Shown here: positions 26,106-38,282 of the stretch, piece by piece
How the letters are laid out: the number at the start of each line of letters is the position of its first letter
Numbering within the stretch: position 1 is the stretch's first letter
Assembly: GCA_025057275.1 (NCBI GenBank)
Contig: JANWXQ010000019.1
Location: forward strand, 2,254-66,253
Source: Chitinophagales bacterium
Lineage (GTDB): Bacteria; Bacteroidota; Bacteroidia; Chitinophagales; UBA10324
Length of the DNA: 64,000 nucleotides
Direction of reading: 5' to 3'
The notes under the pieces: generated by a model
The model's database searches: none
What the model was told of the DNA's origin: nothing
The model's input: the letters and a program-made list of their open reading frames with translations, nothing else
Translations under genes and position numbers: made by a program

Positions 26106-27449
26106 TCAGCTATCGGTGGTGGTCAGCAAATACCAGGCAAAGGGCGCCAGTTGCTTTTGGGTCCAGCGTTCTTGCTGGCCGTTGAGCAGGTTCACCCAAC
26201 GTTCATGGCGCAAAGCGTCAGGCAGGGAAAACGACACCGGCCGGTTGCGGCAATTGACCACAACCAGAACCGGTGGCTGACCGGTTAGCTGCCGCCGGTA
26301 GCACAATACTTCATCGGTGCTGAAAAAGGTTTTGTTGCCCTGACGCAGGCTCCGGTTGCTGCGATACAAATGAAGCAGTTGGCTATACCATTGCTGAAGG
26401 TCCGGTCGCATCGTCCAGTCAATGGTATATTTTTCAAAAAGATTGATGCGTTGGGGATAGCCCACTTCCTGACCGTTGTAAAGAAACGGAACGCCGGGCA
26501 GGGTAAGCTGCACCACAAAAGCCGCATGCGCTCCGCTGTCGCTGACAAAAACCCGCTGAGGCACATCGTCCCAACTGTTTTCATCGTGATTGGTAATAAA
26601 CCGGATGTGCCGGTAGTGCGGCGGATAGCGCTGTTGCTCCTGAAGCAGCAACGTATCCAGCAGCCTGGCTGATGCCTTTCCGTTCCATATTTTTTTTAAT
26701 GCATGATAAACTTCCCAACCATACGTCATGTCAAAGCCGGACTCGTAGAGTGCCGGATCGGCACCTTCTGCCAACATGAGCACCGGCCGAGATTGTCTCA
26801 GGCGGCTGATGGCTTCTTTCCAGAAAGCCAGAGGAACCATTTCCGCCACGTCGCAACGGAACCCATCGACATCAAAACTGTCCACCCAATAGGCCATGGC
26901 CGCTATCTGCGCTTCCCATAAGTCCTTGTTTTCGTAATTGAGATCGACAATATCGGTCCAGTCAGGAACCGAAGGCATCAGGTTGCCGGCGCTGTCGCGG
27001 GTGTACCATTCCGGATGCCGTTGTACCCAAACATGATCCCAGGCCGTGTGGTTGGCAACATAATCCAAAATGAGAAACATGCCCAGCGCATGCACCGAGT
27101 CCACCAGTCTGCGGAAGTCAGCTGCTGTGCCGAGATCGGGATGTATGGCCGTATAATCGCGGATGGCATAAGGCGATCCGTAAGTACCCTTTTTTTTGAG
27201 TTGTCCGGTAGGCTGAATGGGCATCAGCCACAATACATTCACGCCCAGGTCCCGCAGGCGGGGCAAATGCTCCAGCATGGCATGGAATGTGCCGGCTTCG
27301 GTAAAATTTCTGACAAACACCTCATACATCACCACTTCATCTGTGGCAGGAACCGAATCAGACAGCGACGCTTCCGGAGCCACAACGGCCTGCCGGCAGG
27401 CCGTTGCAGCCAGAAGCCACGCAATGGTCAGGATTCTTTCTATGGCCAT
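26106..27449 (-). CDS. GH13 alpha-amylase family enzyme (secreted/lipoprotein)
   Basis: GH13 blocks DYVANH, DGFRCDVAEMV, MLAEG, FITNHDEN. Signal sequence from ATG 27449 (MAIERILTIAWLLAATAC). Confidence 0.85.
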   Translation of the reverse strand: MAIERILTIAWLLAATACRQAVVAPEASLSDSVPATDEVVMYEVFVRNFTEAGTFHAMLEHLPRLRDLGVNVLWLMPIQPTGQLKKKGTYGSPYAIRDYTAIHPDLGTAADFRRLVDSVHALGMFLILDYVANHTAWDHVWVQRHPEWYTRDSAGNLMPSVPDWTDIVDLNYENKDLWEAQIAAMAYWVDSFDVDGFRCDVAEMVPLAFWKEAISRLRQSRPVLMLAEGADPALYESGFDMTYGWEVYHALKKIWNGKASARLLDTLLLQEQQRYPPHYRHIRFITNHDENSWDDVPQRVFVSDSGAHAAFVVQLTLPGVPFLYNGQEVGYPQRINLFEKYTIDWTMRPDLQQWYSQLLHLYRSNRSLRQGNKTFFSTDEVLCYRRQLTGQPPVLVVVNCRNRPVSFSLPDALRHERWVNLLNGQQERWTQKQLAPFAWYLLTTTDS

Positions 27450-27533
27450 GGACAGTGAGGCAAGATGCAGCTTTTCCGCATTTTCCAAAAGCCTTTTCCC
27501 GTTTGGGACGCCAGCCCGCCGCAATGGCATGGT

Positions 27534-27541
27534 TAATTTTG
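27534..27541 (+). promoter_or_regulatory. Candidate -7 promoter element (TAATTTTG) upstream of uvrA
   Basis: Exact TAnnTTTG match in the divergent amylase/uvrA spacer. It lies about 85 nt upstream of ATG 27626 and only 10 nt upstream of ATG 27551. Confidence 0.35.
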
Positions 27542-27625
27542 TCAACCATCATGCCGCTACACGAAGCGTCGCCGCTGGCGGAAGCCGAGCTCAGCAGCCT
27601 GCAATCGCCGCTGGCGGAATACGAC

Positions 27626-30442
<2,817 letters not shown>

Positions 30443-30503
30443 GCCTGGAATGAGGTTCAGGTGATTCATTAATAAAATTTATATCATTTCTCAGTAATGC
30501 CTT

Positions 30504-31037
30504 ATGGACCTTCGTCTCTTTTTTGCTTTGCCCCTGCCTCTGCCTGCCGCCCGCCGGCTTTGCGACACCCTGCGTCGTAAAACCAGCCAGCCCATCCGAT
30601 GGGTATTGCCGGAACAGCAGCACGTTACCGTGCATTTTCTCGGATCAGTGGAAGAAGAACAACTCCCCGAACTGTGCCGTAAAGCGGAAGCCTTGTGCCA
30701 GCAGCATCAACCCTTTACCCTGCTGCTGGATCATCTCACCTATGTGCCTTCAGCACAGTCGCCGAGCATGATCTGGCTGCGCGGCCAGCCCAGCGAATCC
30801 TTCAACCAACTGGCGTGGTCGTTCCGGCGCCGGTTTCCCACAGGCGAAAACCGTACTCCCTTGCCGCACGTGACCCTGGCGCGTTTGAAAGGCTTCCGGC
30901 AACCTCCTGTGACGCTGCCCCGAATCAATGCCCTCTCACTTGCCGTGCACAGCGTGGAACTCTGGCAATCGTTCACTTTACCTGAAGGCGCCCGCTACCA
31001 GCGCCTGCACCGCTGGCCGCTGAACAGCGGCCGGTAA
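30504..31037 (+). CDS. thpR: RNA 2',3'-cyclic phosphodiesterase (2H phosphoesterase, ThpR/LigT family)
   Basis: Two HxT/S motifs at the expected spacing (HVTVHFLG and HVTLARL). Confidence 0.8.
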   Translation: MDLRLFFALPLPLPAARRLCDTLRRKTSQPIRWVLPEQQHVTVHFLGSVEEEQLPELCRKAEALCQQHQPFTLLLDHLTYVPSAQSPSMIWLRGQPSESFNQLAWSFRRRFPTGENRTPLPHVTLARLKGFRQPPVTLPRINALSLAVHSVELWQSFTLPEGARYQRLHRWPLNSGR

Positions 31038-31080
31038 ACCGCTGCCGCAGTTATCTTCGTTCACTAACCGAAGGCTATTC

Positions 31081-32265
31081 ATGTACACCATTCAGCAACG
31101 TTTACAGGAAGAACTTGCTGCCATCCGGCAGGCAGGATTGTACAAGGAAGAGCGACTGATTGAGTCGCAACAGGGTCCGGAAATCAGCGTCAACGGCCGA
31201 ACCGTACTCAACTTCTGCGCTAACAACTATCTGGGTCTGAGCAGTCATCCGAAAGTAGTTGCAGCAGCACACGAGACCATTGACCGACGGGGTTATGGCA
31301 TGAGCAGCGTACGCTTCATCTGCGGCACGCAGGACATCCACCGACAGCTGGAAAAAAAGATCGCTTCATTTCTCGGCACCGACGATGCCATTCTCTATGT
31401 GGCGGCATTTGATGCCAACGGCGGCGTTTTCGAACCCCTGTTTAACGATCAGGATGCCATCATCAGCGATGAGCTGAATCATGCCTCCATTATTGACGGC
31501 ATCCGCTTGTGCAAAGCCCAGCGCTTCCGTTACCGCAACAACGACATGGAAGATCTGGAAAAGCAACTCCGGGCCGCCTCAGGCAGCCGCAGCCGCATCA
31601 TTGTAACCGACGGCGTTTTTTCCATGGACGGCACTATTGCCCGGCTCAGGGAAATTGTGGCCTTGGCCAAAAAGTATGAAGCCCTGGTGATGGTGGACGA
31701 CAGTCATGCCACCGGCTTTGTAGGTCCTACCGGACGCGGCACTCCTGAGTTGTGGGGGGTTAGCGAAGAAGTGGATCTCATCACCAGCACCCTGGGCAAA
31801 GCCCTGGGCGGCGCCTGCGGAGGATTTACTGCCGGCCGACAGGAGATCATTGACCTGCTGCGTCAGCGGTCGCGGCCGTATCTGTTCTCCAACAGCGTGC
31901 CTCCGCCTATTGTCGGCGCAGCATTGGCTGTTTTGGACATGATTTCGGAAACAACCGCCTTACGCGACAAGCTGGAAGAAAACACACGCTACTTCCGCAA
32001 GCAAATGACAGATGCCGGCTTTGACATCAAACCGGGCGATCATCCCATCGTGCCCATCATGCTTTACGACTCGGTGGTCGCCCAGCAGATGGCTTCCGCC
32101 CTGCTGCAAGAAGGCATATACGTTATCGGCTTCTTCTATCCCGTTGTGCCTAAAGGACTGGCCCGCATCCGAGTGCAGTTGTCGGCCGCACACGAGCGGC
32201 ATCATCTGGACCAGGCTGTAACCGCTTTTGTCAAAGTAGGAAAGGCGATGAATATCATCCGCTAA
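31081..32265 (+). CDS. kbl: Glycine C-acetyltransferase (2-amino-3-ketobutyrate CoA ligase)
   Basis: Alpha-oxoamine synthase fold with [14 protein letters not shown] and PLP-lysine block [10 protein letters not shown]; 394 aa. Confidence 0.85.
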   Translation: MYTIQQRLQEELAAIRQAGLYKEERLIESQQGPEISVNGRTVLNFCANNYLGLSSHPKVVAAAHETIDRRGYGMSSVRFICGTQDIHRQLEKKIASFLGTDDAILYVAAFDANGGVFEPLFNDQDAIISDELNHASIIDGIRLCKAQRFRYRNNDMEDLEKQLRAASGSRSRIIVTDGVFSMDGTIARLREIVALAKKYEALVMVDDSHATGFVGPTGRGTPELWGVSEEVDLITSTLGKALGGACGGFTAGRQEIIDLLRQRSRPYLFSNSVPPPIVGAALAVLDMISETTALRDKLEENTRYFRKQMTDAGFDIKPGDHPIVPIMLYDSVVAQQMASALLQEGIYVIGFFYPVVPKGLARIRVQLSAAHERHHLDQAVTAFVKVGKAMNIIR

Positions 32266-33040
32266 TGCCTTCGGCAGATACCGCCTCAGGATGCCGCCGA
32301 TATATGAAAAAGTTATTGCACGTTTCGCCTGCCGACAACCCGATCTGCTGTTGCAGCACAAGCTCCAGCAGCGCCAGAAAGGTGAAAATGGCATGCATGC
32401 GATCGATGCAGGAATCAAAAATTTTCTCAAACGACACGGTTTCTTCTTCACCGGTAAGCTGCAGCAGGTATTCTTTCTGCGCTTCAATGGTGTAAGGGTA
32501 ACGGATGACTGCATGAGGCTGCCGGCGCTCCTGCTCCGCAAAGCGGCTCATGACCCTTTCGTAAGCGCGCAGCAGCCGGATCAGCGTCAGCGAATGCAAC
32601 TCCATTTCATCGGCCCATTCCTGCAGGCGCTGCCGCTTTTCCTGCGCAGCATAACCACGGGCATGCAGCCTGGCCCGCTCGGCTTCCAACTGCCGCAATT
32701 CCTCCAGCACATCCTTGTATCGTTTGTATTCCAGCAGCTGACGCACCAATTCCGCCCGTGGATCGGCTGCTTCGCCTGCCTCCGGCTCCTGCCGCCTGGG
32801 CAGCAGCATCTTGGCTTTGATGCGCATCAACGTGGCGGCTACCACAATAAACTCGCTGGCCAGCTCAATATTTTTCTCTGAGGCCTGCCGGATGTATTCC
32901 AGAAAATCGTGAGTGACTTTGGCAATAGGTATATCGTAAATGTCCAGCTCATCACGCTGGATAAAGAACAACAGCAGATCAAACGGCCCTTCAAAATGGG
33001 GCAGCTTGATTTCGTAGCCAACGGCCGTCTCTTTTGCCAT
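32255..33040 (-). CDS. scpA: Segregation and condensation protein A
   Basis: [29 protein letters not shown]-terminus typical of ScpA; 261 aa from ATG 33040. Confidence 0.85.
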   Translation of the reverse strand: MAKETAVGYEIKLPHFEGPFDLLLFFIQRDELDIYDIPIAKVTHDFLEYIRQASEKNIELASEFIVVAATLMRIKAKMLLPRRQEPEAGEAADPRAELVRQLLEYKRYKDVLEELRQLEAERARLHARGYAAQEKRQRLQEWADEMELHSLTLIRLLRAYERVMSRFAEQERRQPHAVIRYPYTIEAQKEYLLQLTGEEETVSFEKIFDSCIDRMHAIFTFLALLELVLQQQIGLSAGETCNNFFIYRRHPEAVSAEGISG

Positions 33041-33192
33041 GTCATTCAAAAGTACACTAACCGGATGCGGCTGAGGCATCGTTCGCGAACAATATTTCCA
33101 CAGGCACCAAGCGATTCTGCAGCCTTTTTTCCATGCGTTTTCAGAAGACACCATTTAACGTAACTGTTTTAGCTTCGCCCTTCCGTTGCTTT

Positions 33193-35127
33193 ATGGCCAT
33201 TACTGCCGGCCCCCTGCTCAGTCAGATTTCCGATCCCAGTGACCTTCGTCAGCTGAACCGGAACCAGCTCATTCCGCTTTGCGATGAACTGCGTCAATTC
33301 ATCATTGACCACGTCAGTTTGTACGGAGGTCATTTCGGTGCCTCCCTGGGCGTGGTAGAGCTTACCGTGGCCTTGCATTATGTATATCAAACGCCTTATG
33401 ATCTCATCGTTTGGGATGTAGGGCATCAGGCTTACGGTCATAAGATTCTTACCGGCCGGCGCGACCGTTTTCATACCAACCGCAAATACAAGGGCCTTGC
33501 GGGCTTTCCCTCCCGCTTTGAAAGTGAATACGACACCTTTGGCGTAGGACATTCCTCCACCTCCATTTCCGCTGCCCTGGGCATGGCTATGGCCGCCCGA
33601 TTGAAAGGCGAAAAAGAGCGTCAGGTGGTGGCCGTTATCGGTGACGGCGCCATGACGGCGGGTCTGGCATTTGAAGGGCTTAACAATGCCGGAGTTTCGG
33701 GAACCAATCTGCTCATCATTCTGAACGACAATTGCATGAGCATTGACCCTAACGTCGGCGCGCTGAAGGAATACCTGACCGACATCACCATGTCGCATAC
33801 CTGGAACCGCACCCGCGATGAGCTGTGGCGGCTGCTGGGTAAGGTGGGCGGAGAGGCCTTGCAGAAGCAGTTTTCCAAAATCGAAGCCTCACTCAAAGGA
33901 GCTATCTCCCGAAGCAGCAATCTGTTCGAAGCACTGAACCTGCGCTACTTCGGTCCGTTGGACGGGCATAACGTGGATCATCTGGTCAGTGTGCTCAGCG
34001 ACCTGAAGCACATCCATGGACCCAAGCTATTGCATGTGGTAACGGTAAAAGGGAAAGGCTATGCCCCTGCCGAAAAAAACCAAACCAAGTGGCATGCGCC
34101 GGGCACTTTTGATAAGGTTACGGGAGAAATTTTTAAAAAGCCGGTAACCGCTCCCCAACCACCCAGGTATCAGGATGTTTTCGGCCATACCATTGTGGAA
34201 CTGGCTGAGCAGAACGAAAAGATCGTTGGCATAACGCCGGCCATGCCCTCCGGCTCCTCGCTGAACATCATGATGGAACGCATGCCCCACCGCGCTTTTG
34301 ACGTGGGCATTGCCGAGCAGCATGCCGTAACGTTTTCCGCCGGCCTGGCAACGCAGGGACTGATTCCTTACTGCAACATCTACTCCACATTCCTGCAGCG
34401 CGCTTACGACCAGGTGATCCACGATGTGGCCCTGCAGAAGCTGCATGTGGTTTTCTGTCTGGACCGCGGCGGCCTGGTAGGGGAAGACGGCGCCACCCAC
34501 CAGGGCGCCTTTGATCTGGCTTATCTGCGAATTATCCCCAACATGATCGTCAGCGCGCCGATGAACGAACAGGAACTGCGCAACCTGATGTACACGGCCC
34601 AGTTGCCGCATATTCGTCAGCCTTTTTCCATTCGTTACCCGCGCGGCGAAGGGGTCATGCCGCAGTGGCGCACACCATTTGAGGAAATTGTTATCGGCAC
34701 CGGCCGCTGGCTCAACGACGGCGAAGACCTATGCATCATCTCCATCGGCCATGCGGGAAATTTTGTAACAAATGCCATCCGCCAGTTAAACGACATGGAA
34801 ATTTTTCCCGCCCATGCCGATCTGCGCTTTGTCAAGCCGCTGGATGAAGAATTGCTGCACCGCATCTTCCGCAAGTACCGCATAGTGCTTACCGTGGAAG
34901 ATGGGGTTATCCTGGGCGGCATGGGATCTGCCGTTCTGGAATTTCAGAGTGAGCATGGCTACTCGGTGCCGGTGTGCCGGCTGGGCATCCCCGATCGCTT
35001 CATTGAGCACGGATCGCCCAAAGAACTGTACCGCGAATGCGGTTACGATGCCGATGCCATTGCCGGAACCGTCTGTGAGTTGTTGAACGTTCGCAGGCTT
35101 CAGCATCAGCAGGTTAAAACTTCATAA
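33193..35127 (+). CDS. dxs: 1-deoxy-D-xylulose-5-phosphate synthase
   Basis: [23 protein letters not shown], ThDP motif [18 protein letters not shown]. Start at ATG 33193 (MAITAGPLL). Confidence 0.95.
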   Translation: MAITAGPLLSQISDPSDLRQLNRNQLIPLCDELRQFIIDHVSLYGGHFGASLGVVELTVALHYVYQTPYDLIVWDVGHQAYGHKILTGRRDRFHTNRKYKGLAGFPSRFESEYDTFGVGHSSTSISAALGMAMAARLKGEKERQVVAVIGDGAMTAGLAFEGLNNAGVSGTNLLIILNDNCMSIDPNVGALKEYLTDITMSHTWNRTRDELWRLLGKVGGEALQKQFSKIEASLKGAISRSSNLFEALNLRYFGPLDGHNVDHLVSVLSDLKHIHGPKLLHVVTVKGKGYAPAEKNQTKWHAPGTFDKVTGEIFKKPVTAPQPPRYQDVFGHTIVELAEQNEKIVGITPAMPSGSSLNIMMERMPHRAFDVGIAEQHAVTFSAGLATQGLIPYCNIYSTFLQRAYDQVIHDVALQKLHVVFCLDRGGLVGEDGATHQGAFDLAYLRIIPNMIVSAPMNEQELRNLMYTAQLPHIRQPFSIRYPRGEGVMPQWRTPFEEIVIGTGRWLNDGEDLCIISIGHAGNFVTNAIRQLNDMEIFPAHADLRFVKPLDEELLHRIFRKYRIVLTVEDGVILGGMGSAVLEFQSEHGYSVPVCRLGIPDRFIEHGSPKELYRECGYDADAIAGTVCELLNVRRLQHQQVKTS

Positions 35128-35136
35128 AACTTTTTT

Positions 35137-35997
35137 ATGCATCATTCCCTGGTTTGCTCGAGCTCCGCCAGGCCCTTGGCTTCTTGCCGACAACCCTTTT
35201 TGCTGCTTGCCATGATGCTGCTGCTAACTGCGGGCTGCGCCCAGAAAAAATCGCCGGACACGGAACCGCCCTCCTCCGAACCGGAAGCGACCTCTTCCAA
35301 TGAAGATTTCTTTGAAAAGTTTCGGAAAAAGGGAGTAGACTTTTACGCCACCGGTAACGAACCTTTCTGGGCCCTGGAGATCGACCACAGCGGCGGCCTG
35401 ACATTTCACATGTTGGAGGGATTTCGTGCCGAACAGTCCGGGCCCTGCGAACCTTCCGCCCTTGCCGATGGCAACGGATATGCCTACACAGCAAATACCC
35501 CTGAGGGCTCCGTACAGGTTACGGTCTTGCGCCAGCTATGCGTGGATTCCATGTCCGGTGATTCCATCCCTTACAAGGTTGCCGTTCAGATCAAAAAAGT
35601 TGATCAGACCAGCGTTTCGTATTCCGGCTGCGGCCGTTACCTGAACGACCCGGGAATAGCCGGTACCTGGAGGCTTACCCAACTTAATGGCCAGCCGGTT
35701 GACACCGCCGGCTTAATGAAGGGTGCACCTACCCTGCAGTTTTCGCCGTCGGAATACCGCATCTGGGGCCATGGCAGTTGCAACAATTACTTCGGTCAGG
35801 CTGATCTGATGGGCGACCGCCTGGCTGTCAGCAACCGCGTTGGAAGCACGCTGATGGCCTGCCCTAACATGGAACTGGAAAATATCTTTTTCAAGACCCT
35901 TCCCGGAAAAACCTTTATGCTGAACCTGCACAATCAGCAGCTCACCCTGATGGAAGGCCAAAAGCCCGTGATGCAATGGGTTCGCTCCAACCCGTGA
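35137..35997 (+). CDS. Lipoprotein with an N-terminal COG3650-like domain and a C-terminal META (HslJ-like) domain
   Basis: Lipobox LLTAGC; ATGNEPFWALEID block; C-terminal WRLTQLNGQPV ... GHGSCNNYFG ... STLMACP pattern of META/DUF306. Confidence 0.6.
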   Translation: MHHSLVCSSSARPLASCRQPFLLLAMMLLLTAGCAQKKSPDTEPPSSEPEATSSNEDFFEKFRKKGVDFYATGNEPFWALEIDHSGGLTFHMLEGFRAEQSGPCEPSALADGNGYAYTANTPEGSVQVTVLRQLCVDSMSGDSIPYKVAVQIKKVDQTSVSYSGCGRYLNDPGIAGTWRLTQLNGQPVDTAGLMKGAPTLQFSPSEYRIWGHGSCNNYFGQADLMGDRLAVSNRVGSTLMACPNMELENIFFKTLPGKTFMLNLHNQQLTLMEGQKPVMQWVRSNP

Positions 35998-36076
35998 TGT
36001 GGGCGCAGTTCTGGCACGGTTTTCAAGGATAAGCAACAGCTATTCGTTCCGTTTTTTTCATTTTCCATGCTAGATC

Positions 36077-36925
36077 ATGATGCCCCGTAACTCACTTGCC
36101 GTGCTTTCGGCCCTGCTGTTCGCTTTTACTTTTTCCGCCTGCCGGAAAGATGCTTCAGACACTACCGCTTTGCAGGACCATGCTTTGGCAGAAAAGGAAT
36201 CCGGCTTTATCGTTCAACTGGCAAACGAAGCAGCCACACAGCTTAACCTGATTGAACAGGGTCAGGTGCGCGAGGCAACCCACGCCGACAGCCTGCCGGA
36301 TTGCATTACCCTTTCTTTAGACTCTGCCGGTGCCGGATACATGCTCACCATTGATTTCGGCACCACCCCCTGCCTGTGCGATCAGTGGGACAACAAATAC
36401 CGAAAAGGTCAAATCATCGTGTCGTGGACCGGTCCGTACCGGCAAACCGGCACCGTCATCACCATAGCCACACAAGATTACTTCGCCGGTTACGAACCCC
36501 AATCCCTATACCGGTTCGATTACCTGAAAACGCTGACCAACATGGGCAAAAACAGCAGCGGCAACACCTATTTCACGGTCAACGTTGCTTCGGCAACCAT
36601 TACCTTGCCCGGTGGCCAGACCATCTCCTGGACATCGCAGCGCCAGAACGAATGGACACAGGGCGAGGCAACCTGGTGGCTTTGGGATGATGTGTATTCC
36701 ATTACCGGTTCAGCCTCAGGAACGGATCGCAACGGCAATCCGTTTACCGTTACCATTACCGGTCCGCTCATTGTAAAGCTGAGTTGTCCCTGGATTGTGC
36801 AGGGCACTTTGCTGGTTGTGCGCTCCGGACTTCCGGATGCCGAATTGCAGTACGGCAATGGCCAATGCGATAATCAGGCCACCGTTGTTATTAACGGAAA
36901 AACGTATACCATCTATCTGGGTTGA
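36077..36925 (+). CDS. Hypothetical lipoprotein
   Basis: Signal peptide with lipobox (AFTFSAC); 282-aa Thr/Gly/Trp-rich beta-type sequence with paired cysteines. No family recognised. Confidence 0.55.
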   Translation: MMPRNSLAVLSALLFAFTFSACRKDASDTTALQDHALAEKESGFIVQLANEAATQLNLIEQGQVREATHADSLPDCITLSLDSAGAGYMLTIDFGTTPCLCDQWDNKYRKGQIIVSWTGPYRQTGTVITIATQDYFAGYEPQSLYRFDYLKTLTNMGKNSSGNTYFTVNVASATITLPGGQTISWTSQRQNEWTQGEATWWLWDDVYSITGSASGTDRNGNPFTVTITGPLIVKLSCPWIVQGTLLVVRSGLPDAELQYGNGQCDNQATVVINGKTYTIYLG

Positions 36926-36944
36926 CCAGATCTTCCGGCACCAC

Positions 36945-38171
36945 CTAGTATTTGAACAAAACAGCCCTGCTGCATCCGTGCCGGATCAGGTAACTTCCGG
37001 CGGGAAGCTGGGCAAGATCCAGGTTCCGTTGCTCTGAACTACGGATCAAAATGCCATTGGAAGCATAGAGGCGGATCGGATGTTCTTTGTTTACCGCCTG
37101 CATCGATTGCACCAGCACATAATCCTCCGCAGGATTAGGAAAGAGCCTCAGGGGTGCTGCCTCTGTCAACGGTTCGTGAATGAGGCTGGGATACACACCG
37201 CTGCGCGGATAGTTGGTTACCACATCCCAAACCATTTGCTGCGCGTAGGCCGCAAAGTCAGCAGGAACCGTAACCAGCGGGTGCAGCTGATGACTAAGCC
37301 CAACGGGATTGCTGTTGAACAGGCATGCGTAATGAATCAGGGTTACCAGGTAGGCCCCCAGGTCATTGAGATGAACGCCATCGGTAAACAGCTGACTGAC
37401 GTGCATAATGCCGGGCACCAGCCCTTGCTGCACATCATCATAAAAACGGGCCATCATGCGATTGCCGGGAATTAAATACACCGGCGGGCTGCCGGGCAGC
37501 AGATGGGCATTGGCATAGTCCTGCATTTGCTGCCAGCCCAGCTCCAGGCTGTCCAGCAGCTGCCGCCAGCCTGAAGCGGAACCGTCCGTTGCCTCGTTCA
37601 CGCCATAACCCGAAAGAAAATACGGCGTGCCATCCAGCCCGCACCAGTTGGTCCACAGCAAAGTGGCCGCCCCCTGACCGTATTTACCGTTCGTCCAGGA
37701 GTTATTAACAAAATACGATAAGTGTTCCCACGACTGATGCATCTCGGGAATGAGCGGTCCTTCCATGTTTTCGGTGATGATCAGCACATCCCACAGGTGA
37801 ATGTCGTAACGCGGGTTGCAGTTTTCTTCATAACAATTCACATTGGGATCCTGAGCACACCAGGTGCCGGTAGTGTCCCAGTGGAACCGGATCCAGGCGC
37901 CGGGCAAGGTGGCCACCCCCACCAGATTTCCCCAAACCTGCCAGCCGCCGCTCAGGTTGTTCAAATCGGCCACCAGCTCATTGTACTGACCCGGCCACGG
38001 AAAAAACAGCGGATCAGTGAGGCTATGGCCGCAATGGAGCTGTTTTACATTAAAAGGATAAGGCTGCTTGGGCGGCAGCGATTGCGCCCGTGAAAAATCA
38101 GGAAAACATGACATGAGGAATAAGACAGCCGAGGACGTAACGATGAACTTTTTATCCATACGTACATTCAT
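36945..38171 (-). CDS. Secreted SGNH/GDSL-like hydrolase candidate with a T9SS C-terminal sorting domain
   Basis: Signal peptide; block I-like HCGHSLTD; block V-like TDGVHLNDLGAYL; C-terminal LFPNPAEDYVLV...LPAGSYLIR resembles a T9SS CTD. Start is ambiguous (ATG 38171 or 38159; ORF-track 38195). Confidence 0.55.
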   Translation of the reverse strand: MNVRMDKKFIVTSSAVLFLMSCFPDFSRAQSLPPKQPYPFNVKQLHCGHSLTDPLFFPWPGQYNELVADLNNLSGGWQVWGNLVGVATLPGAWIRFHWDTTGTWCAQDPNVNCYEENCNPRYDIHLWDVLIITENMEGPLIPEMHQSWEHLSYFVNNSWTNGKYGQGAATLLWTNWCGLDGTPYFLSGYGVNEATDGSASGWRQLLDSLELGWQQMQDYANAHLLPGSPPVYLIPGNRMMARFYDDVQQGLVPGIMHVSQLFTDGVHLNDLGAYLVTLIHYACLFNSNPVGLSHQLHPLVTVPADFAAYAQQMVWDVVTNYPRSGVYPSLIHEPLTEAAPLRLFPNPAEDYVLVQSMQAVNKEHPIRLYASNGILIRSSEQRNLDLAQLPAGSYLIRHGCSRAVLFKY

Positions 38172-38258
38172 CAGAAATCTTTTTTCCTCATACAATGTTA
38201 AACAGAAAACCGGAAGACAAGATGCCTTTATCCTTCAGGCAACGGATGAGGATGCGCC

Positions 38259-38266
38259 TATCTTTG
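38259..38266 (+). promoter_or_regulatory. Candidate -7 promoter element (TATCTTTG) for the aldehyde dehydrogenase gene
   Basis: Exact TAnnTTTG match 17 nt upstream of ATG 38283. Confidence 0.35.
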
Positions 38267-38282
38267 ATGAACCTTAGGCTTT

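Noticed and set aside
27404-27625. N-terminal extensions proposed by the ORF track. The cases are uvrA from 27404, murF-alr from 3196, trhO from 4251, the S46 peptidase from 18789, dxs from 33133, hisS from 19359, the GH13 genes from 22732 and 27545, asnB from 50550, and the large amidohydrolase from 56292.
   Set aside because: The extensions are Arg/Cys/Pro-rich, often begin at non-ATG codons, and overlap neighbouring genes or promoters. They also precede a much better start: a conserved family N-terminus or a clean signal peptide beginning at an internal ATG.
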